Assembly (NCBI GenBank): GCA_003221695.1
Contig: QHSX01000047.1
Coordinates: forward strand, 43,394-107,393
Reading direction: 5' to 3'
DNA: 64,000 nucleotides
From: Candidatus Rokuibacteriota bacterium
GTDB lineage: Bacteria > Methylomirabilota > Methylomirabilia > Rokubacteriales > CSP1-6
The notes under the pieces were generated by a model. The model was not told the origin of the DNA, made no database searches, and saw nothing but the letters and a program-made list of their open reading frames with translations. Below, piece by piece: positions 1 to 10,353 of this stretch. The position numbers and the translations under genes are program-made. The stretch's first letter is position 1; the number at the start of each line of letters is the position of its first letter.

Positions 1-1507
1 AGAGGAGGGTCATCGGGTGCTGCTTGAAGCCCTTCACGGTCGCCTGCGTGAAGTCGATCGTGTCCGCGGAGAAGAGCCAGAGGTGCGGCACGTTCTCGAG
101 GATCAGGATCTGGACGCGGTCGTAGATCTCCTTACGCTTCTTCGGGTCGAGCGTCCGGCGTCCCTCCTCGAGCAGGCCGTCGAGCTCGGGGACGCTCCAG
201 CTGTTCCAGTTCTGGCCCTTCGTGGAATGGAGCGCGCGGAAGAACGCGGTGTCCGGGTCGGCGTAGCCCGGCGTCGTGTTCATCGTCAGGTCGAAGTCCC
301 TCGCGAGCCAGCGCTTGATCCACACGGCGTACTCGACGTTCTCGATCTCCGCGGTGATGCCGATCCGCTTGAGCTGTGCGGCGACGACGGGAGCGCCCAG
401 GACCATCGTGGGGAACGTCGGGATGACGCCGAGCTTCACGGTGAAGCCGCCGGCGTGGCCCGCGTCGGCGAGGAGTTTCCGTGCGCGGTCCGGGTCGGGC
501 TTGTAGTAGCGCATCCACTGCTCCTCGGTGAGCTGCCACTGCCGCATGGGCGCCGTCGCGGGTGCCGTGAGGCGGCCGAAGCCGGCGGCGGCGACACGCA
601 GGACCTGGCTCCGGTCCACCGCCCAGCTGATGGCCTGCCGCACGCGGACGTCCTTGAGCGGCCCACGGCTCGCGTTGATGTTGAGGAAGTCGTAGCCGAG
701 GCGCGAGCTCCGGTAGCCGGTCAGGGTCTTCTCGTCCTTCAAGAGATTGAAGTTCTTGTTGTCCTCGAGGAAGGCGTGGTGGATCTGGCCCGTGCGGAGC
801 GCCGCGACGATGTTCGCCTCGTCCGGGATGATCCGGAGGATGACCTCGTCGACGTGCGGCAGCCCCTTCTTGAAGTACTGCGGGTGGCGCTTGAGCACCA
901 TCTGCTGCTCGACCTTCCAGTCCTCCAGCCTGAAGGGGCCCGTGCCCAGCGCGGCCTTGTTCAGATCGCCGTGCTTCTTGATGCCCGCCTCGCTGATGAC
1001 GAAGCCCCAAAACCCGCCGAGCGCCGCGAGGAGCCCGGCGAAGGGCTCCTTCGTCACGAACTTCACCGCGTAGCGCCCCGCGGGCTCGACCCGGTCGACC
1101 GCGATGAAGTCCGACTTCCCGGGCGACCTCTCGAAGAGTCGGTCGAACGTGAACTTGACGTCGGCGGAGCTCAGCTCCTGGCCGTCGTGGAAGCGCACGC
1201 CCTCGCGGAGCTTGAAGGTCCACGTGAGCCCGTCCGGGCTCACCTGCCACGACTCCGCCAGCTCCGGCACGGGGTTCATCTCGGCGTCGAAGCGGACGAG
1301 CTGGTTGTACATCATGGGCGAGCGCCGGCTCCGCGAGAATGCCGGGACGAGCTGCGGGTCGAGCCCCGTCGCCTCGGTCGTCTGCGCCGAGACGAAGGTG
1401 GAGCCTGATTTCGGCGCCTGCCCGTGCGCGGCCCTGCCGACGGAGAGCGCGGCGAGGGCCGCGCCGCCGGCCGTGAGGAGCTCTCTGCGGCTCAAGTGCA
1501 TCGTCAT
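1..1507 (-). CDS. ABC transporter substrate-binding protein, family 5 (peptide/nickel/opine type); 3' end runs off the window
   Basis: Absent from the ORF track because it has no stop inside the window. Hand translation of the minus strand from ATG 1507..1505 (AGGAGG upstream) gives MTMHLSRRELLTAGGAALAALSVGRAAHGQAPKSG (Tat-like signal), then WQVSPDGLTWTFKLREGVRFHDG, typical of the SBP_bac_5 core. The frame stays open to position 1. Confidence 0.8.
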   Translation of the reverse strand, partial: MTMHLSRRELLTAGGAALAALSVGRAAHGQAPKSGSTFVSAQTTEATGLDPQLVPAFSRSRRSPMMYNQLVRFDAEMNPVPELAESWQVSPDGLTWTFKLREGVRFHDGQELSSADVKFTFDRLFERSPGKSDFIAVDRVEPAGRYAVKFVTKEPFAGLLAALGGFWGFVISEAGIKKHGDLNKAALGTGPFRLEDWKVEQQMVLKRHPQYFKKGLPHVDEVILRIIPDEANIVAALRTGQIHHAFLEDNKNFNLLKDEKTLTGYRSSRLGYDFLNINASRGPLKDVRVRQAISWAVDRSQVLRVAAAGFGRLTAPATAPMRQWQLTEEQWMRYYKPDPDRARKLLADAGHAGGFTVKLGVIPTFPTMVLGAPVVAAQLKRIGITAEIENVEYAVWIKRWLARDFDLTMNTTPGYADPDTAFFRALHSTKGQNWNSWSVPELDGLLEEGRRTLDPKKRKEIYDRVQILILENVPHLWLFSADTIDFTQATVKGFKQHPMTLL

Positions 1508-1548
1508 CGCGGTCCCTCCTGTGGCTCGTTCGCGCGCCGACGGCTGCG

Positions 1549-2382
1549 TCATTGCACGTTAGGGTCGAGGATGTCGCGCAGGCCGTCGCCGATCAGGTTG
1601 AACGCGAGCACGCTCAGCATGATGGCGATGCCCGGGAACACGGAGATCCACGGCGCGGTCTCGAGATAGGTCCGCCCCTCGTTCAGCATGTTCCCCCACG
1701 AGGGCGTCGGGGGCTGGGCCGAGAGGCCGAGGTAGCTCAGCGAGGCCTCGATGAGGATCGCCTGTGAGAATGCGACCGTCCCCTGGATCACGAAAGGCGA
1801 GATCACGTTGGGCAGGACGTGCTTCAGCGCCACGGCGAGGCGCGTCGCGCCGAGGGCGCGAACCGCCTGGACGTAGTCCTTCTCGCGCTCCGCCAGCACC
1901 GGGCCCCGCATGACACGCGCGAAGAGGGGCGTGTAGACGATCGAGATCGCGACGACGGCGCTGTTCACGCCCGGGCCCCGCATCGCGGCGATTCCGACCG
2001 CGAGGAGGAGGCCCGGGACGCTGAAGAAGACGTCCATCACGCGGTTGATGACGTTGTCCCAGGCGCCGCCGAGGTACCCCGCGACGAGCCCGAGCGCGCC
2101 GCCGACGCCCATCGCGACGCCGATCGAGACCGTGGCGACGTAGAGGGAAATCCGCGAGCCGTAGATGACCCGGCTCAGGACGTCCCGGCCGAACCGGTCG
2201 GTCCCGAAGAGCGCCCGCGCCCCGGGCGCGGACTCGATCAGGTCGAAGTTCTGCTCGTCGGGCGCGCTCGGCGCGAGGGAGCCGGCGAAGAGCGCCGCGC
2301 CGACGATCAGGAGCGCCACGAGCCCGCCCAGGACCACGACGGTGCTGCGGGTGCCGCGCCGGAGCTGTCGCTCCCACTGCAT
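1549..2382 (-). CDS. ABC transporter permease, DppC/OppC type
   Basis: 277-aa ORF with an N-terminal TM segment, FGTDRFGRDVLSRVIYGSRISL, and the loop YVQAVRALGATRLAVALKHVLPNV, all typical of DppC/OppC-type permeases. Confidence 0.9.
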   Translation of the reverse strand: MQWERQLRRGTRSTVVVLGGLVALLIVGAALFAGSLAPSAPDEQNFDLIESAPGARALFGTDRFGRDVLSRVIYGSRISLYVATVSIGVAMGVGGALGLVAGYLGGAWDNVINRVMDVFFSVPGLLLAVGIAAMRGPGVNSAVVAISIVYTPLFARVMRGPVLAEREKDYVQAVRALGATRLAVALKHVLPNVISPFVIQGTVAFSQAILIEASLSYLGLSAQPPTPSWGNMLNEGRTYLETAPWISVFPGIAIMLSVLAFNLIGDGLRDILDPNVQ

Positions 2383-2447
2383 GTGGCCGCCCGCGTGTCA
2401 GCGCCGGAACGACACGCCCGGGAGGACCCTCGGTTCCAGCCCACGCA

Positions 2448-3431
2448 TCACCGAACCACGCGAACGGCCTGCTCGAGCGCCCGCTGGGGCACGGCGACGC
2501 CGAGGCTCCCCGCGGATTTGAGATTGACGAGCAGCTCGAAGGTGGGGTGCTCGATCGCCAGGTCGGCCGGCTTGGCGCCGTCGAGGATCCGGGCCGTCAT
2601 CCGGCCGCAGATCTTTCCGAGCGCCCGCTGGTCCGGGCCGACGGCGGCCACCACGCCCGGGACCGACACCAGATCCTGGTCACCGACCAGGATCGGAAGC
2701 TTCTGGGCGATCCCGGCGCGCCCGACCTCCTCCGACGCCCGTCGCAGCAGCGCTTCTTTCAGGACGAGGACCGCGTCGACGTCGGTCCGGCCGAGGCTCC
2801 GCAGCGCCGCGACGGCGGCGTCCTCGTCGGCGACCGCCCGCGTGACGAGCGTGACGCCGATCGCGGGGGCGACGTGCTCCAGGTTCGCCAGCTGCACGCG
2901 GTCGGGGGGGAACCCCTGGTCGAAGAGGACGGCCAAGCGCTTGAGCTCCGGCAGCACCTGGCGGAAGACGACGAGCCGCCGCCGGCTCGCCTCGGCGTCG
3001 GCGCTCGCGACGCCTGTCAGGTGACCGCCGGGAGCTTCGTTCGAGGCGACGAGCTTCGCGGCGACCGGATCGGCGACCGGGCAGAAGACGATCGGGACCG
3101 TTGTCGTGGCCGCCCGCGCCGCCTGGGTCGAGGGGCCGAAGATGGTGACGATCGCGTCGACGCCCGCGTCGACCGCGGCCCCGATCGCGGCCTTCGCCTC
3201 GTCCGCGGAGCGCGCGTTGCGGATGTCGACCCGGATTCGGGCCGGCTCCGCGAACCCCGCGGACTGGAGCCCTTCCGACACGCCGCCGACGAGCGCGCCG
3301 TAGCCGTCGGTCGGGCCGACGACCAGGACGTGCCGCGCCTGCTCGGCTCGCGATCGAGGACCAGGCCCGAGCAGCAGCGTACCCGCGACCACCGCGACCA
3401 GAGCCGTGCGTCCACCCAAGCCGATCGCCAT
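2448..3431 (-). CDS. ABC transporter substrate-binding protein (ABC_sub_bind / BMP-like family)
   Basis: The ORF track extends to a GTG at 3455. I prefer the ATG at 3431 because GAGGAGG lies 8 nt upstream. It has a signal-like N-terminus (MAIGLGGRTALVAVVAGTLLLG) and the alternating periplasmic-binding fold pattern seen in PF04392-type proteins. Confidence 0.75.
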   Translation of the reverse strand: MAIGLGGRTALVAVVAGTLLLGPGPRSRAEQARHVLVVGPTDGYGALVGGVSEGLQSAGFAEPARIRVDIRNARSADEAKAAIGAAVDAGVDAIVTIFGPSTQAARAATTTVPIVFCPVADPVAAKLVASNEAPGGHLTGVASADAEASRRRLVVFRQVLPELKRLAVLFDQGFPPDRVQLANLEHVAPAIGVTLVTRAVADEDAAVAALRSLGRTDVDAVLVLKEALLRRASEEVGRAGIAQKLPILVGDQDLVSVPGVVAAVGPDQRALGKICGRMTARILDGAKPADLAIEHPTFELLVNLKSAGSLGVAVPQRALEQAVRVVR

Positions 3432-3503
3432 CGGCGACCACCTCCTCGTCCCCACGGAGACTAGGCAGGAAGCCCCGGCCTGTCAAACGCTCCCGGATCG
3501 GCT

Positions 3504-4640
3504 ATGATTTTGGCGAGCCCCAGGGGAGGACCACCCATTCAGGTCACGGTGTACGGCGCGGGCGCGATCGGCGGTTACACGGGCGCCGCGCTCGCGCGCG
3601 CCGGCCACGAGGTCCTCCTGGTCGACCTCGCCGAGGCCCACGTCGCGGAGCTGAAGGAGAGCGGCCTCACGATCGAGACTCCCGAGGGCCGCTGGACCGC
3701 ACGCGTTCACGCGATCACGCCGCAAGAGCTCGGCGGTCAGCACGACCTCGTGCTGCTCGCCGTGAAATCCCAGCACACCGCCGACGCGCTCAAGACGCTC
3801 GTCCCCCACCTCGCCCCACGCGGCATCATCGTGTCGCTCCAGAACGGTCTGAACGAAGAGCTGATCGCCAGGCAGATCGGCGCCTGGCGCACCCTAGGCT
3901 GTCTCGTGAACTGGGGTGCCGACTGGCTCGCGCCCGGGCGTGTCCGGTACGGCGGTCCCGGCGCCTTCGTGCTCGGCGAGCTCGACGGAGCGATCGGCCC
4001 GCGCGTGAAGGAGCTCGGGCGGCTCCTCGCGCCGGTGGCCGAGCTCAGGCTCTCGGACAACGTCCGAGGCTACAAGTGGGCCAAGCACGTCTACGGCGCG
4101 CTCCTGTTCGCCACCGCGCTCGTGGACGCGCACGTCTACGAAGTCGTCGAGCGTTCCCGTCCAGTCCAGCGCATGCTCGTCGCACTGGTCGCCGAGGGGA
4201 TGGCGCTGGCCGCCGCGGCGCGGGTCAGGCTCGAGGCCTTCGACGAGTACGATCCCGAGCTCTACCGGGCCGCGCACGGCGGCGACACGGCCGCCCTCGA
4301 CGCGGCCATGGCCGCCGTCGCCCACCACTACCGCACCCGCACGAAGACCAAGACCGGGATCTGGCGGGACCTCGCCGTCCGGAAGCGCAAGACCGAGGCG
4401 GACGGCCTCTTCCGCGTAGCACTCGAGAAGGCCGCCCAGCTCCGCGTCCCCATGCCGCTTACGCGCCGGATGATCGAGCTGATCCACGACCTCGAGGAGG
4501 GGCGTCGCCCGATGGCGTGGGAGAACCTCGACGAGCTCGTCGCGCTCAGCTCAGGAACGCCGCGATCTCACGCAGACGGACCTCGACGTCCGCCTCCCCT
4601 ATCCGGATCAACGGCCGGAGGTACTCAGGCAGGAACATGA
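3504..4640 (+). CDS. 2-dehydropantoate 2-reductase family oxidoreductase (PanE/ApbA-like)
   Basis: N-terminal Rossmann motif VTVYGAGAIGGYTGAALARAGHEV, then SLQNGL and a C-terminal ApbA-type helical domain. A low-complexity tail overlaps the convergent patatin gene. Confidence 0.75.
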   Translation: MILASPRGGPPIQVTVYGAGAIGGYTGAALARAGHEVLLVDLAEAHVAELKESGLTIETPEGRWTARVHAITPQELGGQHDLVLLAVKSQHTADALKTLVPHLAPRGIIVSLQNGLNEELIARQIGAWRTLGCLVNWGADWLAPGRVRYGGPGAFVLGELDGAIGPRVKELGRLLAPVAELRLSDNVRGYKWAKHVYGALLFATALVDAHVYEVVERSRPVQRMLVALVAEGMALAAAARVRLEAFDEYDPELYRAAHGGDTAALDAAMAAVAHHYRTRTKTKTGIWRDLAVRKRKTEADGLFRVALEKAAQLRVPMPLTRRMIELIHDLEEGRRPMAWENLDELVALSSGTPRSHADGPRRPPPLSGSTAGGTQAGT

Positions 4641-5691
4641 AGAGGCTGAGCAAGGCCGGTCTGGACGTCTCGTGAGCCCCGAGGCCGCGGGTCAAGAAGC
4701 GTAGCCCCCGGGGAAGACTCGCCTCGCAGTCCGCGGCCAGGCTGGCCAAGTCCTGCGAGGGGCGGAGCACGAGGAGATCCACGGGTCGCAAGTCACCCCA
4801 CTCCTGCCGCGGCAGCCGAGCGAGCAGCGCGTTGAGGCGTTCGAGCACGAGCGCGTCGTAGTCGATGAGGTCGAGGAAGATTGCGTCCAGGAGGATCCCG
4901 GCCACGTGGCCGGGCGACGGATAGCCACGAATGGCCGGCCGGTCGGCTTCCTCGTGGGTGGGCTGATAGCGGGTCGAGACTGCGAGGATTCGTCCCGCTC
5001 CGAGGTGAATCGCGGGCGAGAGCGGCGCGTGGAGGCGGACGCCGCCATCGCCGTACCAGTTGTCTCCGAGCCGCACCGCGGGGAAGACGAATGGAAGCGC
5101 CGTCGAGGCGAGCACGTGGTCGATCGTCAGCCGGGTCCTCGCGCTTCGGCGGAGCGGCCGCTCCCAGTCGCGGATCTGGCTGCCTTGCACCCAGGTCACG
5201 GTCTGACCGGTCGAGTAGTTGATGGTGGTGAGGGCGATCGCTTTCAGGAGGCCCCGCTCGAGCTTCTCGGTGATGCCGACGATCTCACCGTCGGCGGTCA
5301 CGAGGCTTCGTTCGAGTAGCGCGCGCAACGGCGCTGTATCGAGGAGGCCGTGCACCCTGGGCGCCATAGGCGCGCCACCCGACATCAACCGCGTCGCCCA
5401 GCGCAGGGCGTTCTGCGCGAGGGCGGGCGGGCCGACGCGGAAGACCTGGTGCGCCGTGAGTTGGCTCCAGAGACGGGCAAGGTCCTCGACGGCCTCCGGG
5501 AGGGCGCCACGATGCGCCGCCAGGTAGGCCACGTTGATCGCGCCGGCCGATTCGCCCGTGAGGATCTCGGGCCGGGTCCTCGGAAAGTGTCGCGCGAGGC
5601 CCCGGAGCACACCCACCTGATAGGCGGCCCTGGCGCCGCCGCCGCTGAGGGTGACGGCCAAGTCACTCGGCGGAGGTTCGTGCGAACTCAC
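4546..5691 (-). CDS. patatin-like phospholipase
   Basis: Oxyanion motif LSGGGARAAYQVGVL, nucleophile elbow GESAG, and catalytic Asp in YGDGGVR. Confidence 0.9.
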   Translation of the reverse strand: MSSHEPPPSDLAVTLSGGGARAAYQVGVLRGLARHFPRTRPEILTGESAGAINVAYLAAHRGALPEAVEDLARLWSQLTAHQVFRVGPPALAQNALRWATRLMSGGAPMAPRVHGLLDTAPLRALLERSLVTADGEIVGITEKLERGLLKAIALTTINYSTGQTVTWVQGSQIRDWERPLRRSARTRLTIDHVLASTALPFVFPAVRLGDNWYGDGGVRLHAPLSPAIHLGAGRILAVSTRYQPTHEEADRPAIRGYPSPGHVAGILLDAIFLDLIDYDALVLERLNALLARLPRQEWGDLRPVDLLVLRPSQDLASLAADCEASLPRGLRFLTRGLGAHETSRPALLSLFMFLPEYLRPLIRIGEADVEVRLREIAAFLS

Positions 5692-5708
5692 TGAAAGGGC
5701 CGCGGGGT

Positions 5709-6426
<718 letters not shown>

Positions 6427-6434
<8 letters not shown>

Positions 6435-7170
6435 CAGGGCGCTCCCGGCCGAGGTAGGCCTCGATCACGCGCGGGTTGGCCTGGATCTCGGCGGGCGCTC
6501 CCTCGGCGATCTTCTCGCCGAAGTTCAGCACGGCGATCCGGTCGGCGACGCCCATCACGAGATCCATCGTGTGCTCGATGAGGAAGATGGTCTTGCCCAG
6601 CTCGCGCAGGCGCCGGATGTCCTGGTTGAGGCGCTCGAGCTCGAGCTGGCCCATGCCCGCCGCCGGCTCGTCGAGGAGGAGGAGCACCGGGTCGGTGGCC
6701 AGCGCACGGGCCATCTCGAGCCTCCGCCGCTCGCCGAAGTTCAGGTTCTCCACCAGCTCGTCCCGCTTGGGAGCGAGCCCGGCGAGCTCGAGCAACGCCT
6801 CCACACGCTCGGCCTCGCTGCGCGTGCCGTCGCGGCCCCGCGGGGTGTGCCGGAGGGCCACCCACACGTTGTCGAAGACGCTCATCCGCGTGAAGAGGCG
6901 GATGTTCTGGAAGGTCCGCCCGATCCCGCGCCGTACGATCTCATGGGTCTTGGCGCCAGCGATCGGCTCGTCCTGGAAGCGGATCGTGCCCGTCGTCGGG
7001 GCCAGCGCCCCGGTGACCACGTTGAAGAGTGTGGTCTTGCCCGAGCCGTTCGGCCCGATGAGGGCGAAGATCGTGCCGCTCGGCACGTCGAGGCTCACCC
7101 TGTCGAGAGCCCTGAGTCCCCCGAAGTGGAGCGAGAGGTTCCGAATGGCGAGGAGCGGTGTGTCGCTCAC
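6427..7170 (-). CDS. livG: branched-chain amino acid ABC transporter ATP-binding protein (LivG type)
   Basis: This is the C-terminal part of the 623-aa track ORF. Walker A GPNGSGKTT and Walker B LLLLDEPAAG are present. The GTG at 7170 forms a GTGA overlap with the livM stop and gives the canonical N-terminus VSDTPLLAIRNLSLHFGG. An alternative in-frame ATG lies at 7212. Confidence 0.85.
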
Positions 7171-8084
7171 GGGGCCGGGGCCGGGCGGCGCGCCGCGCGC
7201 AGCGGGAGCCATCCCTTGACCCTGAGCACGAGCGCCTCGTCCACGATCCCACGCGGACGGAAGAGCATGGTGAGGATGATGAGGGCGCCGTAAATGAACT
7301 CGCGCGCCCCGTGCAGCGTGCGCAGGCTCTCGGTGAGACCGACCAGCGCCACGGCTCCCAGGAGCGGGCCCACGAAGCTCCCGAGGCCGCCGAAGATCGG
7401 ATAGGTCACCGAGGCGATGGCCAGCGGCAGCGCCACCATGTCGTGGTCGATGTAGCTCGAGTAGTGGATGAAGAGCCCGCCCGCGAGCCCGGCTACCCCC
7501 GCCGCGACGGTGAAGCCGAAGACCTTCACCCGGGTGACATTGATCCCGATCATCGACGCCGCGACCTCGTCCTCCTCGACCGCGCGGAGCTTGGCGCCGA
7601 GCTTCGAGCGCTCGAGGAAGTAGAAAAGGATCACGACGACGACCAGGGCGAGCAGGATGATCCCGAGGTACTCGAGCGGGGTAATTCCACGATCGTAGAT
7701 GTAGCGGACGTGGCGGAAGCCCTCGGAGGCGTTCGGCCCCACCACGCGATCGCCGATCCGCCTCGTGTAACGGACGTTGAGGAACGCGAGCCGCACGATC
7801 TCGCCGAATCCGAAGGTGGCGATGGCGAGATAGAGTCCGCGCACGCGCAGCGCGGGGAAGCCCACCAGGAGGCCGACGGCCGCCGCGACGACCACCCCGA
7901 GGACGAGCGCCGGCAGGAGGTGCAGGCCCCAGAGCGCCGTGGACAAGCCCGCGAGGTAGGCGCCGAGCGCGAAGAACCCCTGCTGACCGAACGACATCTG
8001 GCCACTGATGGCCACGAGGTAGACGCTGAGGCCGAGCATCGCGTGGATGCCGATGATGGAACCGATGGCGACGTAGTACTCCAC
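7167..8084 (-). CDS. livM: branched-chain amino acid ABC transporter permease (LivM type)
   Basis: 305-aa polytopic membrane ORF containing GQMSFGQQGFFALGAYLAG, typical of LivM. It lies between the livH-like and livG-like genes. Confidence 0.9.
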   Translation of the reverse strand: MEYYVAIGSIIGIHAMLGLSVYLVAISGQMSFGQQGFFALGAYLAGLSTALWGLHLLPALVLGVVVAAAVGLLVGFPALRVRGLYLAIATFGFGEIVRLAFLNVRYTRRIGDRVVGPNASEGFRHVRYIYDRGITPLEYLGIILLALVVVVILFYFLERSKLGAKLRAVEEDEVAASMIGINVTRVKVFGFTVAAGVAGLAGGLFIHYSSYIDHDMVALPLAIASVTYPIFGGLGSFVGPLLGAVALVGLTESLRTLHGAREFIYGALIILTMLFRPRGIVDEALVLRVKGWLPLRAARRPAPAP

Positions 8085-8087
8085 GAC

Positions 8088-8969
8088 TCAGGCCGTCCTG
8101 GTCCCGAGGAGCCCGCCGGGCCGGACGATCAAGACCAGGAACAGGATCGCGAACGCCAGGATGTCCCGGTACGACGAGCCCAGGAACCACACGGCCTCGA
8201 ACTCGAGCACGCCGAGGGCGAGCCCGCCGACGATCGCGCCCGGGAAGCTGCCGAGCCCGCCGAGCACCATCACCACGAGGCCCTTCCCCGTGAGCCACGC
8301 GGCCATCTCCGGCCGAGCCGAGCCGACGCTCACCGCGGCGAAGAACCCGATGATCCCCGCCAGCGCCGAGGTCAGCACAAAGGTCAGCACGTTGACGTGG
8401 CGGACGCTCACCCCGAGGATCTGCGCGGCGTCCGGTCGCTCGGCCACCGCGCGCATCGCCCGCCCGAAGCGCGTCCGGTACAGCAGGTAGAAGATCGCCG
8501 AGAAGCTCACGACGCTCACGACGAGGATCGCGAGGTAGTCGGGCCGGATCAGGAATGGGCCCAGGGCCAGCGACTCGTCGCCGAAGGGCGCGGGGTACTT
8601 GAGCCCGACGGCATCGGTGAGGTAGACGATCGTCTCGTCGATGACGATGAGCATGCCGATGGTCGTCATGAGCGGCGCCAGCTCGTGGCCCTTGCGGAGG
8701 AACCGGAAGCAGCAGAACTCCACCAGCAGCCCGACGAGCACCGACACGACGATGGTCGTCACGAACAGCACGAGCACCGGCGCGTTGAAGAGGTAGACGG
8801 GGATCAGCCCCGCGTAGGCGCCGGCCATGATCGTGGAGCCGTAGGCGAGGTTGAAGCGGCGAAGGACGCCGAAGAGCAGCGTGAACCCCCCGCCGATGAG
8901 CGCGTAGAAGCAGCCGTACATCAGGCCGTTGATGAGCTGCTCGGTGCCGTCGAGGAGAACGGTGGACAC
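8088..8969 (-). CDS. livH: branched-chain amino acid ABC transporter permease (LivH type)
   Basis: The ORF track extends to 9023 (a GTG). The GTG at 8969 has GGAGGG 8 nt upstream and gives the LivH-like N-terminus VSTVLLDGTEQLINGLMYGCFYALIGGGFTLLFG. Confidence 0.85.
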   Translation of the reverse strand: MSTVLLDGTEQLINGLMYGCFYALIGGGFTLLFGVLRRFNLAYGSTIMAGAYAGLIPVYLFNAPVLVLFVTTIVVSVLVGLLVEFCCFRFLRKGHELAPLMTTIGMLIVIDETIVYLTDAVGLKYPAPFGDESLALGPFLIRPDYLAILVVSVVSFSAIFYLLYRTRFGRAMRAVAERPDAAQILGVSVRHVNVLTFVLTSALAGIIGFFAAVSVGSARPEMAAWLTGKGLVVMVLGGLGSFPGAIVGGLALGVLEFEAVWFLGSSYRDILAFAILFLVLIVRPGGLLGTRTA

Positions 8970-9043
8970 GCGTCGGCCCTCCGGACGCCGGCCCGGGCCC
9001 GCCGGTCGGCGGGCCCGGGTCACGCGCGCTCAGGTCGATCGGA

Positions 9044-10285
9044 TCAGTTCTGCTTCAGGTGGTCGGGCACCCAGAAGATATCCCACTTGGCCGACCTGAT
9101 CTGCACGAGGAGCAAGTCCTTGTCGACATCCCGCGGCTTCACCGGGTCGTCCTCCGGCCGCATCGTGATCTTGCCCACCACGCCCTGGAAGGTACCCACC
9201 GTGGCGAGGAGGTCGCGCACCTTCCGCCGATCCGAGAGCAGGGACTCCTCGGTGTTCTTGATCCCCGCCTTCTCGATGAGCCCCTTCATCAGGTGGACGT
9301 TCTCGTAGGCCGGCACGCTGTGGATGTTGCTGTCGGCCTTGTACCGCTCCCACGCCTTGTCGGCCACCTGCTTGGCCCGCGGCGTGATCGGCGCGAAGTT
9401 GGACGGGGCGATGACGCCCTCGGCCACGTCGGGGCACTGCTGGAGCACCTCGGTGCCCGCGAGGCTCGTGATGCCGACGACGATCTTCGGCCTGACCCGC
9501 TGGCGCTTGAGCTCGCGCAGCGACGGGCAGGTGCTCGGCGTGTGGGTCAGGCTGAAGTAGATGTCGGCGTTGGCCTTCCGCAGCCGGGTGACCTGGGCGC
9601 CGAACTCGTTGTCGAGCCACCGCCAGTCCACGACCTCGACGACCTGGTGGTGCTTGTGGCGCTCGAGCGCCGGCTTCAGCGCGATGTTCCAGGTCGCCGC
9701 CGAGTGCGCGAAGTCGGACTCGTAGGAGACCATCACCGTCTTGAAGTCGGGGTGCTTCTCCTTGAGATACTTTACGACGAAGTCGTACATGCCCGGCTCG
9801 TCGGGCGTGTTGCGGAACGCCCAGGGCGAGAGCTTGGCCAGCCCGAACTTGGTCGCGATGTCGGTGAAGAAGAGGAGCTGGAGGCCCGTATCCGATCGAT
9901 CGTCGAGCTTCTTCTGGAGCGTGCCGAACACGGGCTCCGCCACCGACGAGCAGCCAGGGCCCAACGAGAAGAGCACCTTGTCCACGGTGGCCAGGCGCTT
10001 GACCACGGCCAGCCCTTGCTCGGCAACGCACGCCTCGTCCTGTGAATACAGCGCGAGCTTCACGCGCTTGCCCCCCACGACGAGCCCGCCAGCCTCGTTG
10101 ATCTCGTCGACGGCGAGGCTGGCGAGGCCGAACGCCGCCTTGCCAAAGAAGGAGGCCGGGCCGCTCAGCGGCCACATCCCTCCGATCCGCACCGTCCCCT
10201 CGCCCTCGAATGCGACCGCCCATCCCGGCCACAGCAGAAACGCGGCGAGCAGCCCCGCCGCCCCGCATATCAATGATCGCCTCAT
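9044..10285 (-). CDS. branched-chain amino acid ABC transporter substrate-binding protein (LivK/LivJ-like)
   Basis: The ATG at 10285 follows GGGAGGA. Signal peptide MRRSLICGAAGLLAAFLLWPGWAVA, then VRIGGMWPLSGPASFFG, typical of Peripla_BP_6. The upstream 69 codons of the track ORF are Arg-rich with no recognisable motif. Confidence 0.85.
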   Translation of the reverse strand: MRRSLICGAAGLLAAFLLWPGWAVAFEGEGTVRIGGMWPLSGPASFFGKAAFGLASLAVDEINEAGGLVVGGKRVKLALYSQDEACVAEQGLAVVKRLATVDKVLFSLGPGCSSVAEPVFGTLQKKLDDRSDTGLQLLFFTDIATKFGLAKLSPWAFRNTPDEPGMYDFVVKYLKEKHPDFKTVMVSYESDFAHSAATWNIALKPALERHKHHQVVEVVDWRWLDNEFGAQVTRLRKANADIYFSLTHTPSTCPSLRELKRQRVRPKIVVGITSLAGTEVLQQCPDVAEGVIAPSNFAPITPRAKQVADKAWERYKADSNIHSVPAYENVHLMKGLIEKAGIKNTEESLLSDRRKVRDLLATVGTFQGVVGKITMRPEDDPVKPRDVDKDLLLVQIRSAKWDIFWVPDHLKQN

Positions 10286-10353
10286 CGCGTGATCCTCCCG
10301 GTTCGACGAACCGTCTCCTCTCGAACGGTCGTGGACCCGTCGCTGCCCTCGTG

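Noticed and set aside
17-1408. 463-aa plus-strand ORF covering the start of the window
   Set aside because: It is antisense to a clearly recognisable family-5 substrate-binding protein gene. Its translation is Arg/Glu/Asp/Val/Leu-rich with no motif, which is typical of shadow ORFs in GC-rich DNA.
7158-9308. 716-aa plus-strand ORF
   Set aside because: It is antisense to livM, livH and part of the binding-protein gene. It has an extreme Asp/Glu/Arg/His composition and no domain signature.
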